A stretch of 63,658 bases of DNA, counting the filler, from Octopus bimaculoides (Eukaryota): the NCBI RefSeq assembly GCF_001194135.2. It is 5 parts of 4 records of this genome, joined end to end, with 100 filler letters (N's around TTAATTAATTAA, not from the genome) between each part and the next. Parts side by side here need not be neighbours in the genome. Positions count along the whole stretch, not along the records: positions 1 to 11,170 come from NC_068983.1; positions 11,271 to 29,815 come from NC_068989.1; 3 more parts are not named here. One strand, given 5' to 3'. Made by a program: the position numbers and the translations under genes. The notes under the pieces were generated by a model that had not been told where the DNA came from, made no database searches, and worked only from the letters and a program-made list of their open reading frames with translations. Below, piece after piece: positions 1 to 12,149 of this stretch (position 1 is the stretch's first letter; each line of letters begins with the position of its first letter).

Positions 1-2080
1 GTGCGTGCGTGCGTGCGTGCGTGCGTACGTGTGTGTGTGCGCGTACGTGCCCTTCTGTCTGTCTGTCGGTTGGTCGGTCGGAATGTCTATGTGTGTGTGT
101 GTGTGTGTGTGTCTGTGTGTGTGTGTGTGTGTGTGTCTGTGTCTGTGTTTGCCCCTAAACCACTTGACAACTGGAGTTAGTGTGTTTACATTCTCATAAC
201 TAGCTATTCGGCAAAAGTGTCCGACAGAATAAGTACCAGGTTTTATAAAAGGCATAAGAAAAATATTATATACAGAAAAGTTTGCTATTAAAATAAATTA
301 TCTTTTAAATGACTTTTTAAAAAATCACTATGTTGCCCTAATGAAATTCCTTGCAGACATACATTCAGATACACTGACACGCACACTTAACGTGAGCAAT
401 AAGCTTTTATAGAAATTGAGAGGAAATATGGTAAACATGTACAAAGAGGAGGAAAGTCTACCATGAGAAAAGCGAAAAATGAAAGAGATAGTCAAACAGA
501 GAGAGATCTTTTCCATTGCAGTTACAAATTTTGAAGTTTTAAAATGAAGGGAAATTTTTCAAATTTGGTACATTGCAATATCTCAGCCCGATGCGTTCGG
601 TGAAAGCGAACATCCGACGTGCGCGCATTACACGTCTGTGCTGTAGGCATAACAGCCGGGAACTGACGCGGCCTACCGGCGCGAAAATTGTCATTCCTGC
701 GCAAGAAAGGTGGCATTACTTTCCACTTAAAAGCTTTTGCCCACACAACATTGGTTTTGGCGGGAAAAACGTTGGATACCTTTTGAACTCACCTCATACA
801 TTACAGTCATGCTGTCTTAGCAACCAATATAGCTATAGCTATTTGAAATTACTGACAACGTTCACTTAGTCTCTTATCACATACAGCTGTGGATATTTAA
901 TGCCATAAAATTTTTTTATGTCATTGTGTAACCGTTGACGCCTCCGTCTTTATCTAGTGTGCCAAGGCCAACGGGAAGTCGCCCTGGTGAAGCGTATCGC
1001 TTTTCAGATTACAATCTGAAGAGTAGAACAAATAAAATGTTGTAGCCGGTATTCAAAACTAAATCTTACACTCAGTTTACAGGTAGATTACCATCGGAGT
1101 ATGTTGCTTTACAACCAACTGGCAGAGACAGAGCCTCAAAGGAGTAGATTGAGCTGTTAGAAATACCACCGGAATCTCCAAGTCACTACTTCACCAAGAC
1201 CGACTCCGGAGACAGGGTAGGAAAATGAGTCTAAAATCAACGAGCATTAATGCTAATGGTGATGCCCCAGTATAACCACAACCTCTAGTTTAAACCAATC
1301 AAAGAATGAAAGAATATATGCTACCTGGCTAGCTACCTAGCTTGCTAGCTATGAAAGTTGCGAGGAAGCTTTAAGGTGGTGCACCACCACCCATCTCTGA
1401 GAGCACTGCTCCATTTAGCAGAAACTGCTGTCAGGTAAAGAAGTTGATTACGTAATTCCTGTTCCCTTGTCATTATTTTAATTTCATATTACGCTCTGTA
1501 CTGACCTAACGCTTTATTCTGAAGCATATGTATATTGACTTTTAACATTAGGTTATTACTATCACTATGATTAAGTGAAGCATTAATATATACATCTTGC
1601 CAAACAGCCTCAGAGACTTGCGAGATGTAGAAGTGGAGATCTTCAAAAGAAACAAATTTCAGTCTGAAATCCCAAATAAGCCCATATCGCAGTAGGAGAC
1701 ACAAAGAAGAGCGGTTCCTTCCAATTCACTACTTCACCAAAAACCAATACAGAAAGGAGACTAAAACACACAAGAGGTGCTCCAGCATGACCCCAGCCTA
1801 TGGCTGAAACCAGTAAAAGATGACTGATTACACACATACAAACACACACACAATCACACAGACACACAGACGCACATACAGACATACAGACATACATACA
1901 CACACAAACACAGAAACACATATACACACACAAACACAGAAACACATATACACACACATACATATATAAGCGCTGATGCTTGTCTATTTTAGACTCACTT
2001 CTCGATTCTGTCTCCAGATTCGATCCTGGTGAAGGAAGAATTGGGCAGAGCTGCCCTTTGCATGTGTTGTACACATATAC

Positions 2081-2320
2081 CAGTGGTTCCCAAAGTGAGG
2101 TGATAACGAGGTAGCCAAAAGGGAGCGATTGATGTAAAAACAACAAAATAATAGGTTAATTAGGTTAAGTTTTATTTGTGAAATGCAGTTGCTTTGAATT
2201 TGCTTGAGAAAGAGGCCTATGTTTGTGGTGGTAAGTTAGTGGAAGTAGCGGAGGTGGGGCACTAGGAATGTGACCTGAGTGCCATGGGGGCGGCAGCCTG
2301 AAAAAGTTTGGGAACCATTG
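2081..2320. mobile_element. hAT-type MITE
   Basis: TIRs CAGTGGTTCCCAAA / TTTGGGAACCATTG; flanks ACATATAC vs ACATACAT (degenerate 8-bp TSD). Confidence 0.7.
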
Positions 2321-3365
2321 ACATACATGAATATATATGCATTACAAATAAAAGATTAAAAGGTTTCTCTTGGTGATTTTCAAGGAAATTTGATTCAGGT
2401 ATTTCTTATTAGCATGCATATTACGACACCATAAGTTAGCCAATGTTACATAGCTCAGACTCTATAACTTGTTCCGCTATAGTAATTTGCTTTGATTGGG
2501 AAAACCCAACACAAATACGAGATAGAATTGAATATGTACCCTCCGCCGTATGTATATGTATGCATGTATATCTTTCTATATATATATATATTTATGCATA
2601 GACACACACACACACACACACACACAATACACACACACACACAATACACACACACACACAATACACACACACACATACACCCACACGCACATATCATATA
2701 TAACGTTGTGGGTGTTTTACATATATGGGCATATGTTCTGCCGTGATAGGAAATTACCGGATATAAAATTTAATACAAAATTTCAAGTTGGTGTATTGGC
2801 TTACACTTACGTATTTATACATGCATAAATACCTCTCACCCGCCCACACACACACATGCACGCACGCACGCACGCATACACGTACATGTAAATGGTTCTT
2901 GAAGCCAAAACAATACAAGATTTAACAAATAATGTAAGTCGATGGTTTGTACATTGACCTTGTATGTTCAATATTTCGGAGGTTTGGGCCACTTCTTCGG
3001 GAAATGGGGTTGTGAGCTAACTGATCGAGAATATTTGTACGCTTCCATATGCAAAGCAAATCATTTTAGCTCTGAGTCTCAAAGCGGATATAGCTATAAA
3101 GAATGACCTGTAATATGTTGATTGCAATTTTTGGCACAAGGCCAGTAACTTTGGTTGCGGAATAAGTCAATTGTATCGACTCCAGCACTCAACTGGTTCT
3201 TGTTTTTCGACCCCGAAAAAATGAAGGCAAAGTCGACTTCAACGGAATTTGAACTGCCAGCCTCACCGCTTTAATGGCCCGCAAGATATTGGATGGAGAA
3301 AGTTCGAAGCCTACTTGTCACACGAGCCTTCGAACTTTTGTTCCAATCTAAGCGTTCTTTTAACT

Positions 3366-3406
<41 letters not shown>

Positions 3407-3416
3407 NNNNNNNNNN

Positions 3417-3455
<39 letters not shown>

Positions 3456-3479
3456 CAGATACGTATATGTATAAAGTCA

Positions 3480-3568
3480 AGGCGCATCGCTCAGTGGTTA
3501 GAACGCCGGGTTTATAATCGTGTGGTTGTAAGTTCGATTCCCGGACTGGTCTGTGTGGTGTGTTCTTA
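3480..3568 (+). mobile_element. tRNA-derived SINE head (family C), truncated
   Basis: A box GCTCAGTGGTTAGA, B box GTTCGATTCC; related reverse copies at about 12230-12596 and 37290-37445. Confidence 0.7.
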
Positions 3569-3770
3569 ATTTCGTATTTAAAAACGTGTTCTTAGGCCCT
3601 ATAAGAAGTTCATTAGGTTCAGTAAGTATATCACCTCATGAACTTCTAATGCGTAAATTTTGTTACTGAAACGCGTATGCTAATTCCTAAAATATTAATT
3701 TGTTTCATTTTTATTACTGTGATTATAAAATACTTGTTGACCAGGACACTAGGTTTCGCATAACAACCTT

Positions 3771-3820
<50 letters not shown>

Positions 3821-4476
3821 CGTTTTCATTGGACTGCAACAGAAGTTTAACGCTTCAAATGGAGAAAGAGGACGTGTTAACGTTTCGAATATTAGTCCTT
3901 CATCATAAAAAGAAAGAATGAAAAAGGAAGTGTATGGAGAATGAGAATGAGAAGAGTGTGTAAAAAAGAAAGAGTATGTTTCTGCGTGTATAATCGTTGG
4001 GAGGGGTAACGTGCTAGAATGTATATGAGGATGTGGAGACCGTGTGAGTTGTAGAAATATAAAGGTATTGACGAGTGATATGCGGAGGAAAGAGCAAAGC
4101 AGAAGATGTTTTATATGTTTGTGTATGTATGTTTGTGCATGTGTGCGCGCTCATGCGCGAAATTATGTGTATATAATAATGAGTATTCTTGTTTCCCGTT
4201 TGTAATTCAAAACCTGCGCGAGTCCATTTGCATTCTCAAACGCAAGTAGAGTATTCAATAGGTTATGCGGTGCATATATATATATATANNNNNNNNNNNN
4301 NNNNNNNNNNNNNNNNNNNNNNNNNNNNNNNNNNNNNNNNNNNNNNNNNNNNNNNNNNNNNNNNNNNNNNNNNNNNNNNNNNNNNNNNNNNNNNNNNNNN
4401 NNNNNNNNNNNNNNNNNNNNNNNNNNNNNNNNNNNNNNNNNNNNNNNNNNNNNNNNNNNNNNNNNNNNNNNNNNNN

Positions 4477-4536
<60 letters not shown>

Positions 4537-5904
4537 ATGCACAAATATGGACGCTGAAAGATAGAAAGCGTGATAAAATTACCATGTATCTGAGATATAA
4601 GACTGTACCTGAAATGTATATATATAGTTAAAACAGTACATCACTTATTGGCCAGCTGTATACAGCCAGGTGTTTGAACACTGGTATAAGAACACAATTA
4701 TATACACATTGATATTCATGTACTCTTTGCGATTGAGTCTTTCAAGGCATCAATTTGTAATTAAGCTGAAGGAATATTGTGAGGCTGTTATTATTGGTAT
4801 AGAGTAGACATCATATTAAAGATTACAATACAGCTCTAGACGTTGGGTGGATTAAATTCTCAGCAAGATTGATCCATCTTCATATCTCCAGCGCATTAGT
4901 CAAGCTTTGAATGATGCAATGAGAATCGGAGAAATGGAGATAGTAAGGCTATCGTGTATGCACGTGCGCGTGTGTATGGTAGGATAAGTGAGTCAGTGTT
5001 TGTATGCAACTACGCACGTTGTATGTGTGTGTGTGTGTGTGTGTGTGTGGCTATGCGCATGCGTATATGTGTAAATCAGTGTGTGTGTGTGCTTTGTAAG
5101 TTAATGTCTGTTTGTGTACGTGAGTGTTAGGAATTAAAACTGCAGCCTTTTGTTTCTCAAACAACTTTAACTTGGAATTATCCCAAATTTAAATTTGCTC
5201 CATGATATTTGATGGTGAAATAATACAGATAATGGTTCTTTATAAAGTCATAATCTCTGTGGATCACGTAAAGATATTTCTGTTGAATAACATTTGATAT
5301 CAAAGTCAGAATTTGAACAAAAATGGATTGAACTAAACACTGTAAGGCATTTTCTCCACTACCCAGTTGATTCATCTCATAATAGTCATAAGTTCAAATT
5401 CCGCCGAGGTCGGCTTTGCCTTTGAGTGGTAAATTAAGTACCAGTTGCGTGTTGGAGTCGATCTAAGCGACTGGTCCCCTCCCCCAAAATTTCGGGCTTT
5501 GTGCTTAGAGCAGGAAAAAAAAGAATAATATAAAGTCTAACTATTAAAATAATACAATTAAACATTGGGAGAGGCATTATGCCGGTAATCTTGCACACCA
5601 AATACACATACGAAATATAAAAGTAATAGTTTTATAATAATGGCTAGTTCTATATGGTCATAAGGCAAACTCATTTTATGGGGAGCGGAAACAATCAAAT
5701 AGAACGAGAACCTAATAATTTACTGGTATTTTATCCATTCCTGAAGGATAAATAGCAAAATCGTTTTGGTGAGGATTTGAACTCTGAACGTACATTGATT
5801 TAACTAAACCTTGCATAGCATTTTGTTTGGTTATCTAATGATTCTTATATCAACCGATTCCGAACTTCTAATAACTGGAACATTCAATATCAGATGTGCA
5901 CTTA

Positions 5905-6110
5905 AGATGACGAGCTGCCAGAATCGATATCACGCAGGACAAAATGCGTAAGTCTGTTTTCAAGTTCTGAGTTCAAATTCAGCTGAGGTCAACTTTGCTT
6001 TCATCTTTTCGGGGCCAATAAAATAAGTACCAGTCAAGCATTGGCGGAAATATAATCAACATACCTCCTCCCCCGAACTTGCTGGATTTGTTCTAATATT
6101 TTAAACTAAT
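5905..6110 (+). mobile_element. SINE family B copy
   Basis: GAGCTGCCAGAATCG...GTTCAAATTCAGCTGAGGTCAACTTTGC...AAGTACCAG; other copies near 3130-3260(-), 5385-5520(+), 6705-6903(-), 14020-14237(-), 36828-37030(-), 46719-46935(+). Confidence 0.7.
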
Positions 6111-7059
6111 ATTAAAACTGCAATATGCATAGTCATTATTCGTTAAAATGTAATATGTGTGTCTAGGGATGTGTATAAGAAATAGAGAGAGAGAGGGGGG
6201 GGAAAGAGAGAGAGAGGAGAGAGTTTATATAAGTTAATTAGCAAAGGGAGGGGGTCTGTACTCGTTATTCTTGTAAAGCCTTCAGTGCCGTTGAAGTTCA
6301 ATTTGAATATTTTTCTTTACTCTCTATGTATTGAAATATATTTTTGAACGCTTCAAAATTCCCGGATCTTTCAAGGATATGCAAGTCTACGGAAATCAAG
6401 AGGACCTTCACTCTGAAAGCTGAAACCCATATTCCGATTTGATATCNNNNNNNNNNNNNNNNNNNNNNNNNNNNNNNNNNNNNNNNNNNNNNNNNNNNNN
6501 NNNNNNNNNNNNNNNNNNNNNNNNNNNNNNNNNNNNNNNNNNNNNNNNNNNNNNNNNNNNNNNNNNNNNNNNNNNNNNNNNNNNNNNATATATATGACGC
6601 ATATATTTATATATTATATATATTATGCACATGTGTGTATTATGCACACACACACACACATACTGTATATATATATATATATATATATTGGTTTGAAATT
6701 TTGACACAAGTCCAGTAATTACAGGAAGGTAGAAAGTCAATTACATTGCCCCCAGCGCTCAACTAGTACTTATTTTATCAACCTTAAAAGGATGGAAGGC
6801 AACGTCTACTAAGGCGAAACTTGAATCTACAAGGTAATGGCGGACGAAATACCGTTAAGCATTTTGCTCTGCGTCTTAAAGATTCTGCCTACTCGCCGCC
6901 TTACTGCATATATATTATGTATGTATATACTATGTATGGAATATATACAATGTGCTTGGAGTATTTCAGGATACTTAATTATCAGTATATTACTCTCTTC
7001 AAACCAATTAAAAGGTTTTTAATTTTTTTCAGATCTGTTATGACAGATTAAATGATAAC

Positions 7060-7635
7060 ACAAGGAATGAAAATACGAGTCGATGTTGCCATATATGCGA
7101 AACACAGTGATTTAGAAATTGCCGACTTTTTAAATATTGATAGATCTTTTATAAACAAAGTTCGGATGAAATGGGATGTCTCTGGCCGGAATGTTTCAAC
7201 TGTATCCAAGAGAAAAAAATAAACATTTTAAACGGTTGGACACTAAAAGGACACCGCAATTCATCTACCGGTTTCAAAATATATCAATAATGAACCCTGA
7301 AAATTGATGAGGGCCATCACCAAAGAACTTCAGGTGTCAGAGTAGACTTTCAGAACTGTGAACAAGGTGTATGTCCTGAGGAGAAGCCAATTCATATATG
7401 TAAAGACACAGGAAAACTGTTTTATTTGTGTCAAGCGGTTGTTTAGCGAGGTTTAAACTCTCAAGAATATGATATACTTTGTTCTTCTCTCATGAGAAAA
7501 ACTTCGACCAAAACCATAAGTCTAACAAGAGAAATGACAGATGATTATGTGCAGATTCTTCTATTGTCCCCAGGGTGATACATACGAAATTTACAATAAC
7601 TGTGATGATTTCAGAAGAGGTGAGTAACGAAGGTT
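7060..7635 (+). mobile_element. Degenerate Tc1/mariner (maT-like) transposase fragment
   Basis: MKIRVDVAIYAKHSDLEIADFLNIDRSFINKVR (HTH-like) and VPRVIHTKFTITVMISEEVSNEG; stops and frameshifts; abuts an RTE. Confidence 0.6.
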
Positions 7636-9525
7636 TTGTCGGTGGTCTTTCATCCTATCAAGGTGCCCTGCCCAACGCAGTCGTGTCTTAAGTAAAATGG
7701 CTTCCAGGCTGGTGACCTTTGCTCACTCGAGGACCTCAGTGTTGGTGATGTAGTCGCTCCAGTAAATGTTGAGGATGGTACGGAGGCAGCGTTAGTGAAA
7801 ACGTTCGAGGAGTCTGAGATTATAGCAGTAGGAGACCCAAGACTGAGAACCATATAGGAGCGTCGTGAGGACGACGGCCCTGTAGACGCTGACTTTTGTG
7901 CTGATCTTAAGATGCTTGTTGTTTCACACACGCTTGTAGTCTGCCAAATGCTTTGTTTGCCTTTGGAAATTTGTTGTCAATTTCTTTGTCAATACTCGCA
8001 TTTGATGAGATGGTGCATCCAGTATAAGTGAACTGTTGTAACGACTTCATTTCTGTTTCGGCAATGGTGATGCGAAGTGGGCTGCACACTTCTTGAGGAG
8101 CTGGTTGGTGTAGGACTTCAGTCTTTTTCAAACTTACTTCCAGCCCGAAGAGCTGGGCGGCCTCTGCAGAGCAGGATGTGATGTGTTGCAGGGCTCTTTT
8201 CCTGTGTGCGACAAGTGCGGCATCATCTGCAAAGCGGAGGTCCTAGATCAGTTGCTCTTGGGTCTTGGTGTGGGCGCCGGAGGTTGAAAAGGCTGCCATC
8301 CAGACGGTACCTGATGCAAACTCCGTCTTCAGCGTCGAGGTCTACAGTGGCCTACTTGGGCATCATGCTGAAAAAGATGCTGAAGAGAGTTGGTGCCAAG
8401 ACATAGCCCTACTTCACGCCGTTGTTGATGGGGAATGGCTCTGATATGTCGTTGTTCAGGCGGACTTGTCCTTTTTCTTCTCCGTGAAGCGAGCTGATCA
8501 TGTTAAGAATTTTGGGGGACAGCCGAGTCGGTTTAGGATCTGCCACAGACCTTTTCTGCTCACAGTACCGAACGCTTTTGTCAGATCGACAAGTGTTGCA
8601 TAAAGTGCTTTGTTTTGCTCCCGGCACTTTTCTTGCAGCTGCCTGAGAACGGTCTGATTTTTCCCCTTTGATTTTGTACAGTGTAATGATGACAGCATCG
8701 CGGAGATCTCATGGCATCTTGCCCTGTTCCCAACATGCAACGAGGAGCTTTTAGAGTTTAGCACATAGGACAGAACTCCCATACTTCCATATCTCTGGTG
8801 GTATGCCATCGACACCTGCTGCCTTTCTACTCTTCAGCCGGCTTATAGCAACTTTGGTCTCTTCTAGGGTAGGAGGCTCATCTAGTTCCATTCTGACTGG
8901 ATGTGGAGGATTGTGTTTTCCTGAACAACTCGGTTTGTACTGAAAAGGGCCCGAAAGTATTCATACCAGCGGTTGAGGATGGATGCTATGTCAGTGAGAA
9001 GCACTTGACCGTCTAAGCTACGTTGGAGACTCCATACTTGATGTGTTGGGCCGTAAACTACCTTGAGAGCTTCGTAGAACACACTGTACTCGCACAACTG
9101 GGTTCTCTGTGCGAGGTTAGTTCACCACTCATTCTGAACTTCACGGAGTTTGCGTTGCAGAAAGCTGCAAGCTTGGCGAAAGGCCGCTTTCTTCTCTGGG
9201 CAGGATGGTTGTGTCAGGTGTACTTGGTGGGCAGACCCCTTCTTCTTGAGTGATTCCTGGATCAGTACATAGTTTTCGTCGAACCAATCCGTGTTCTTTT
9301 TCTTCGTAAACCCAAGGATTTCTGCAGAAGTCTGTAAGATGGCAGTTTTCAGTTGTTCCTACAGGATTTCTGGAGAGGGATCTATAGGGCAGTTGGATTG
9401 ATTAAGTTTTGCCTGTAGCCTGCCTGGAAGTTTATTTTCACTTCGTTTAGATGCAGACCGCTAGTTTTGATTTTCTTGTTGACCGCTCCTCTCTTTTCTG
9501 ATTTGGGATTGAAGTGGAGTTTGAG
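7636..9525 (-). mobile_element. RTE-clade LINE (BovB-like) ORF fragment, frameshifted
   Basis: KAAGVDGIPPEIWK, LVDLTKAFGTVSRKGLWQILNRLGCPPKF, PFPINNGVK, IDKEIDNKFPKANKAFGRL, WAGHLDRM. Confidence 0.85.
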
Positions 9526-10994
9526 CTATATATANNNNNNNNNNNNNNNNNNNNNNNNNNNNNNNNNNNNNNNNNNNNNNNNNNNNNNNNNNNNNNNNNN
9601 NNNNNNNNNNNNNNNNNNNNNNNNNNNNNNNNNNNNNNNNNNNNNNNNNNNNNNNNNNNNNNNNNNNNNNNNNNNNNNNNNNNNNNNNNNNNNNNNNNNN
9701 NNNNNNNNNNNNNNNNNNNNNNNNNNNNNNNNNNNNNNNNNNNNNNNNNNNNNNNNNNNNNNNNNNNNNNNNNNNNNNNNNNNNNNNNNNNNNNNNNNNN
9801 NNNNNNNNNNNNNNNNNNNNNNNNNNNNNNNNNNNNNNNNNNNNNNNNNNNNNNNNNNNNNNNNNNNNNNNNNNNNNNNNNNNNNNNNNNNNNNNNNNNN
9901 NNNNNNNNNNNNNNNNNNNNNNNNNNNNNNNNNNNNNNNNNNNNNNNNNNNNNNNNNNNNNNNNNNNNNNNNNNNNNNNNNNNNNNNNNNNNNNNNNNNN
10001 NNNNNNNNNNNNNNNNNNNNNNNNNNNNNNNNNNNNNNNNNNNNNNNNNNNNNNNNNNNNNNNNNNNNNNNNNNCTCTCTTTCCCACATTCTCTTTCGCC
10101 TCTCTCTCTCTCTCTTGTTATGTTGTTTGAAACCTATCGAACCGTCCATTGACTCCAAAAATGAAGAGTTCAACTCTCCTTTTTTGGAAGCGGAGGACGA
10201 TTTTCTTCTCATTGAAAATTTTCTATTTAATTATTGTGCTTAATGCTGTAGGTGCTATGACTATAATTCTATTCAAATGAAATAATTGGAACACTGAACT
10301 TTAAATACACATGTTACTTCACGAGATATCTATATATTTTGGTGAAGATTCACTTCGTCAGCGGCAGTTGAACTAAAGACATTCGTTTTACCACTCGAAC
10401 TACAGTAGTTGTCAATATCACGAGTGGTTGTCACATAAATCGACCAAGAACTGACAAAGGAAACGAGCACCCGTTCATATTTCACAGAAGAATTAAAAAC
10501 TATGAGAAAAGTATTTAAAAAAGCTCTCGTATTTTCATATCTATACATTTAGAGGGAAGGGGAATTTCTACCCGAATTATATAATACTATCTACGTAATC
10601 TGTGCCTATGAGTATAGAAAGATTTAAGCTTACGAGCAACGAACAAACACGCATGCACATATGCATTAAAATAAATAACATAAACATACATATAGCTGAG
10701 AAATAGAAATAAAATTCTTTCTGTGGTTTGTAGTAGTAGTAGTAGTAGTAATGATGGTGGTGGTGGTGGTGGTGGTGACAGCGGTTCTTAAGGACACATG
10801 TATCTCTGACTGACTCTAACAATAAAACAAACGGCATCGTCTCGCAGACCTATATATCCACAAATAATATTAAGGCTTCAATACACATACACACCCACAC
10901 ATACATTCTTTCTCCTCTATACACACACACGCGTGCGCATTCATGTGTATAATGTATGTATACATATACATACGTTACCCATATTCTTTCATTT

Positions 10995-11170
10995 TTTTAC
11001 TTATTTCAGTCATTTGACTGCGGCCATGCTGGAGCACCGCCTTTTAGTCGAGCAAATCGATCCCAGGACTTATTCTTTGTAAGCCTAGTACGTATTCTAT
11101 CGGCCTTTTGTGCTGAACCGCTAAGTTACGGGGACGTAAACACACCGGGGACAAATACAGATACACAAAT
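10995..11170 (-). mobile_element. SINE family A, 3' half
   Basis: Contains TTGACTGCGGCCATGCTGGAGCACCGCC, shared with copies at about 1700-1830, 30560-30730, 50930-51050, 54045-54300. Confidence 0.7.
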
Positions 11171-11270
11171 NNNNNNNNNNNNNNNNNNNNNNNNNNNNNN
11201 NNNNNNNNNNNNNNTTAATTAATTAANNNNNNNNNNNNNNNNNNNNNNNNNNNNNNNNNNNNNNNNNNNN
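11171..11270. other. Artificial scaffold-join spacer N44-TTAATTAATTAA-N44
   Basis: Exactly 100 bp, 12-mer with TAA in all six frames, identical at four sites. Confidence 0.9.
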
Positions 11271-11640
11271 GTGTTATAGATTGACAGTAGTGTTATAGAT
11301 TGACAATAGTGTTATAGATTGACAATAGTGTTATAGATTGACAGTAGTGTTATAGATTGACAATAGTGTTATAGATTAACAATGGTGTTATAGATTGACA
11401 ATAGTGTTATAGATTGACAATAGTGTTATAGATTGACAGTAGCGTTATAGATTGACAATAGTGTTATAGATTGACAATAGTGTTATAGATTGACAGTAGT
11501 GTTATAGATTGACAATAGTGTCATAGATTGACAATAGTGTTATAGATTGACAATAGTGTTATAGATTGACAGTAGTGTTATAGATTGACAATAGTGTTAT
11601 AGATTGACAAGAGTGTTATAGATTGACAATAGTGTTATAG
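11271..11640. repeat. 19-bp minisatellite GTGTTATAGATTGACA(A/G)TA, about 19.5 copies
   Basis: Head-to-tail units with no spacers; starts at the scaffold spacer. Confidence 0.95.
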
Positions 11641-11644
11641 GTGA

Positions 11645-11960
11645 AGGCACATGGCTAATGACCTTGGTTCTTAAAGCTGAAAGTGTAGAAGAATTAGAAT
11701 TAAAATTCCAAGTAAGGAAACAAAACTGAAAATCTTAATGTTGATTAAGCAAAGACCAGGAAAACATGCAGAACACTATTTTCTCTTTGGGTGGCCCTGT
11801 TCCATATGGAGACAAGATGTAGGTAGAAATTCTATTATGATGTGCTGAGTTCAAACTATGGTTATATAAAATGTGCAGTTAAGTTAGAGAAAGGCTAATA
11901 CAAAAAGTGGTCTTTGTATGTGGTAGATGTGTGATACAAGTGGACTGAACTAAAAGTAGT
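11645..11960 (+). mobile_element. Highly degenerate RTE RT fragment
   Basis: DLVLKAESVEELELKFQV resembles the intact fragment at 29539. Confidence 0.45.
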
Positions 11961-12035
11961 CAATGACCAGATGGTGAAACTCAACTGGGCAATGCAGTAA
12001 GTCTATCTGAGACTGGAGAATAAAAGAAAACTCAC

Positions 12036-12149
12036 CTAAAAAGATTAGTTGGTGGGTTATACAAAGTAAACTCTACGATAATTTGCTGGGTTTGTTCATT
12101 GATAATCTCATCTTTTTTCATCTTCATTATTATTTTGTATGTTTCTGAC
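12036..12149 (-). CDS. PKD1L1: PKD1L1-like exon (SETYKIIMKMKKDEIINEQTQQIIVEFTLYNPPTNLF)
   Basis: ttttctttgccag|GTCA...TTTAG|gtgagt; 114 bp, phase 2 to 2; VEFTLYNPPT.LF motif. Confidence 0.92.

Noticed and set aside
3480-3568. tRNA gene (also the heads at 18245, 50745 and 53087)
   Set aside because: A/B boxes are present, but there is no convincing acceptor stem and the sequences continue into dispersed-repeat bodies, so they are SINE heads
10081-10212. KGELNSSFLES as the next polycystin exon
   Set aside because: Lies beyond an artificial spacer, has a poor acceptor, and the similarity is only a few residues
11271-11640. CRISPR-like array
   Set aside because: Units are contiguous with no unique spacers, there are no cas genes, and the context is eukaryotic
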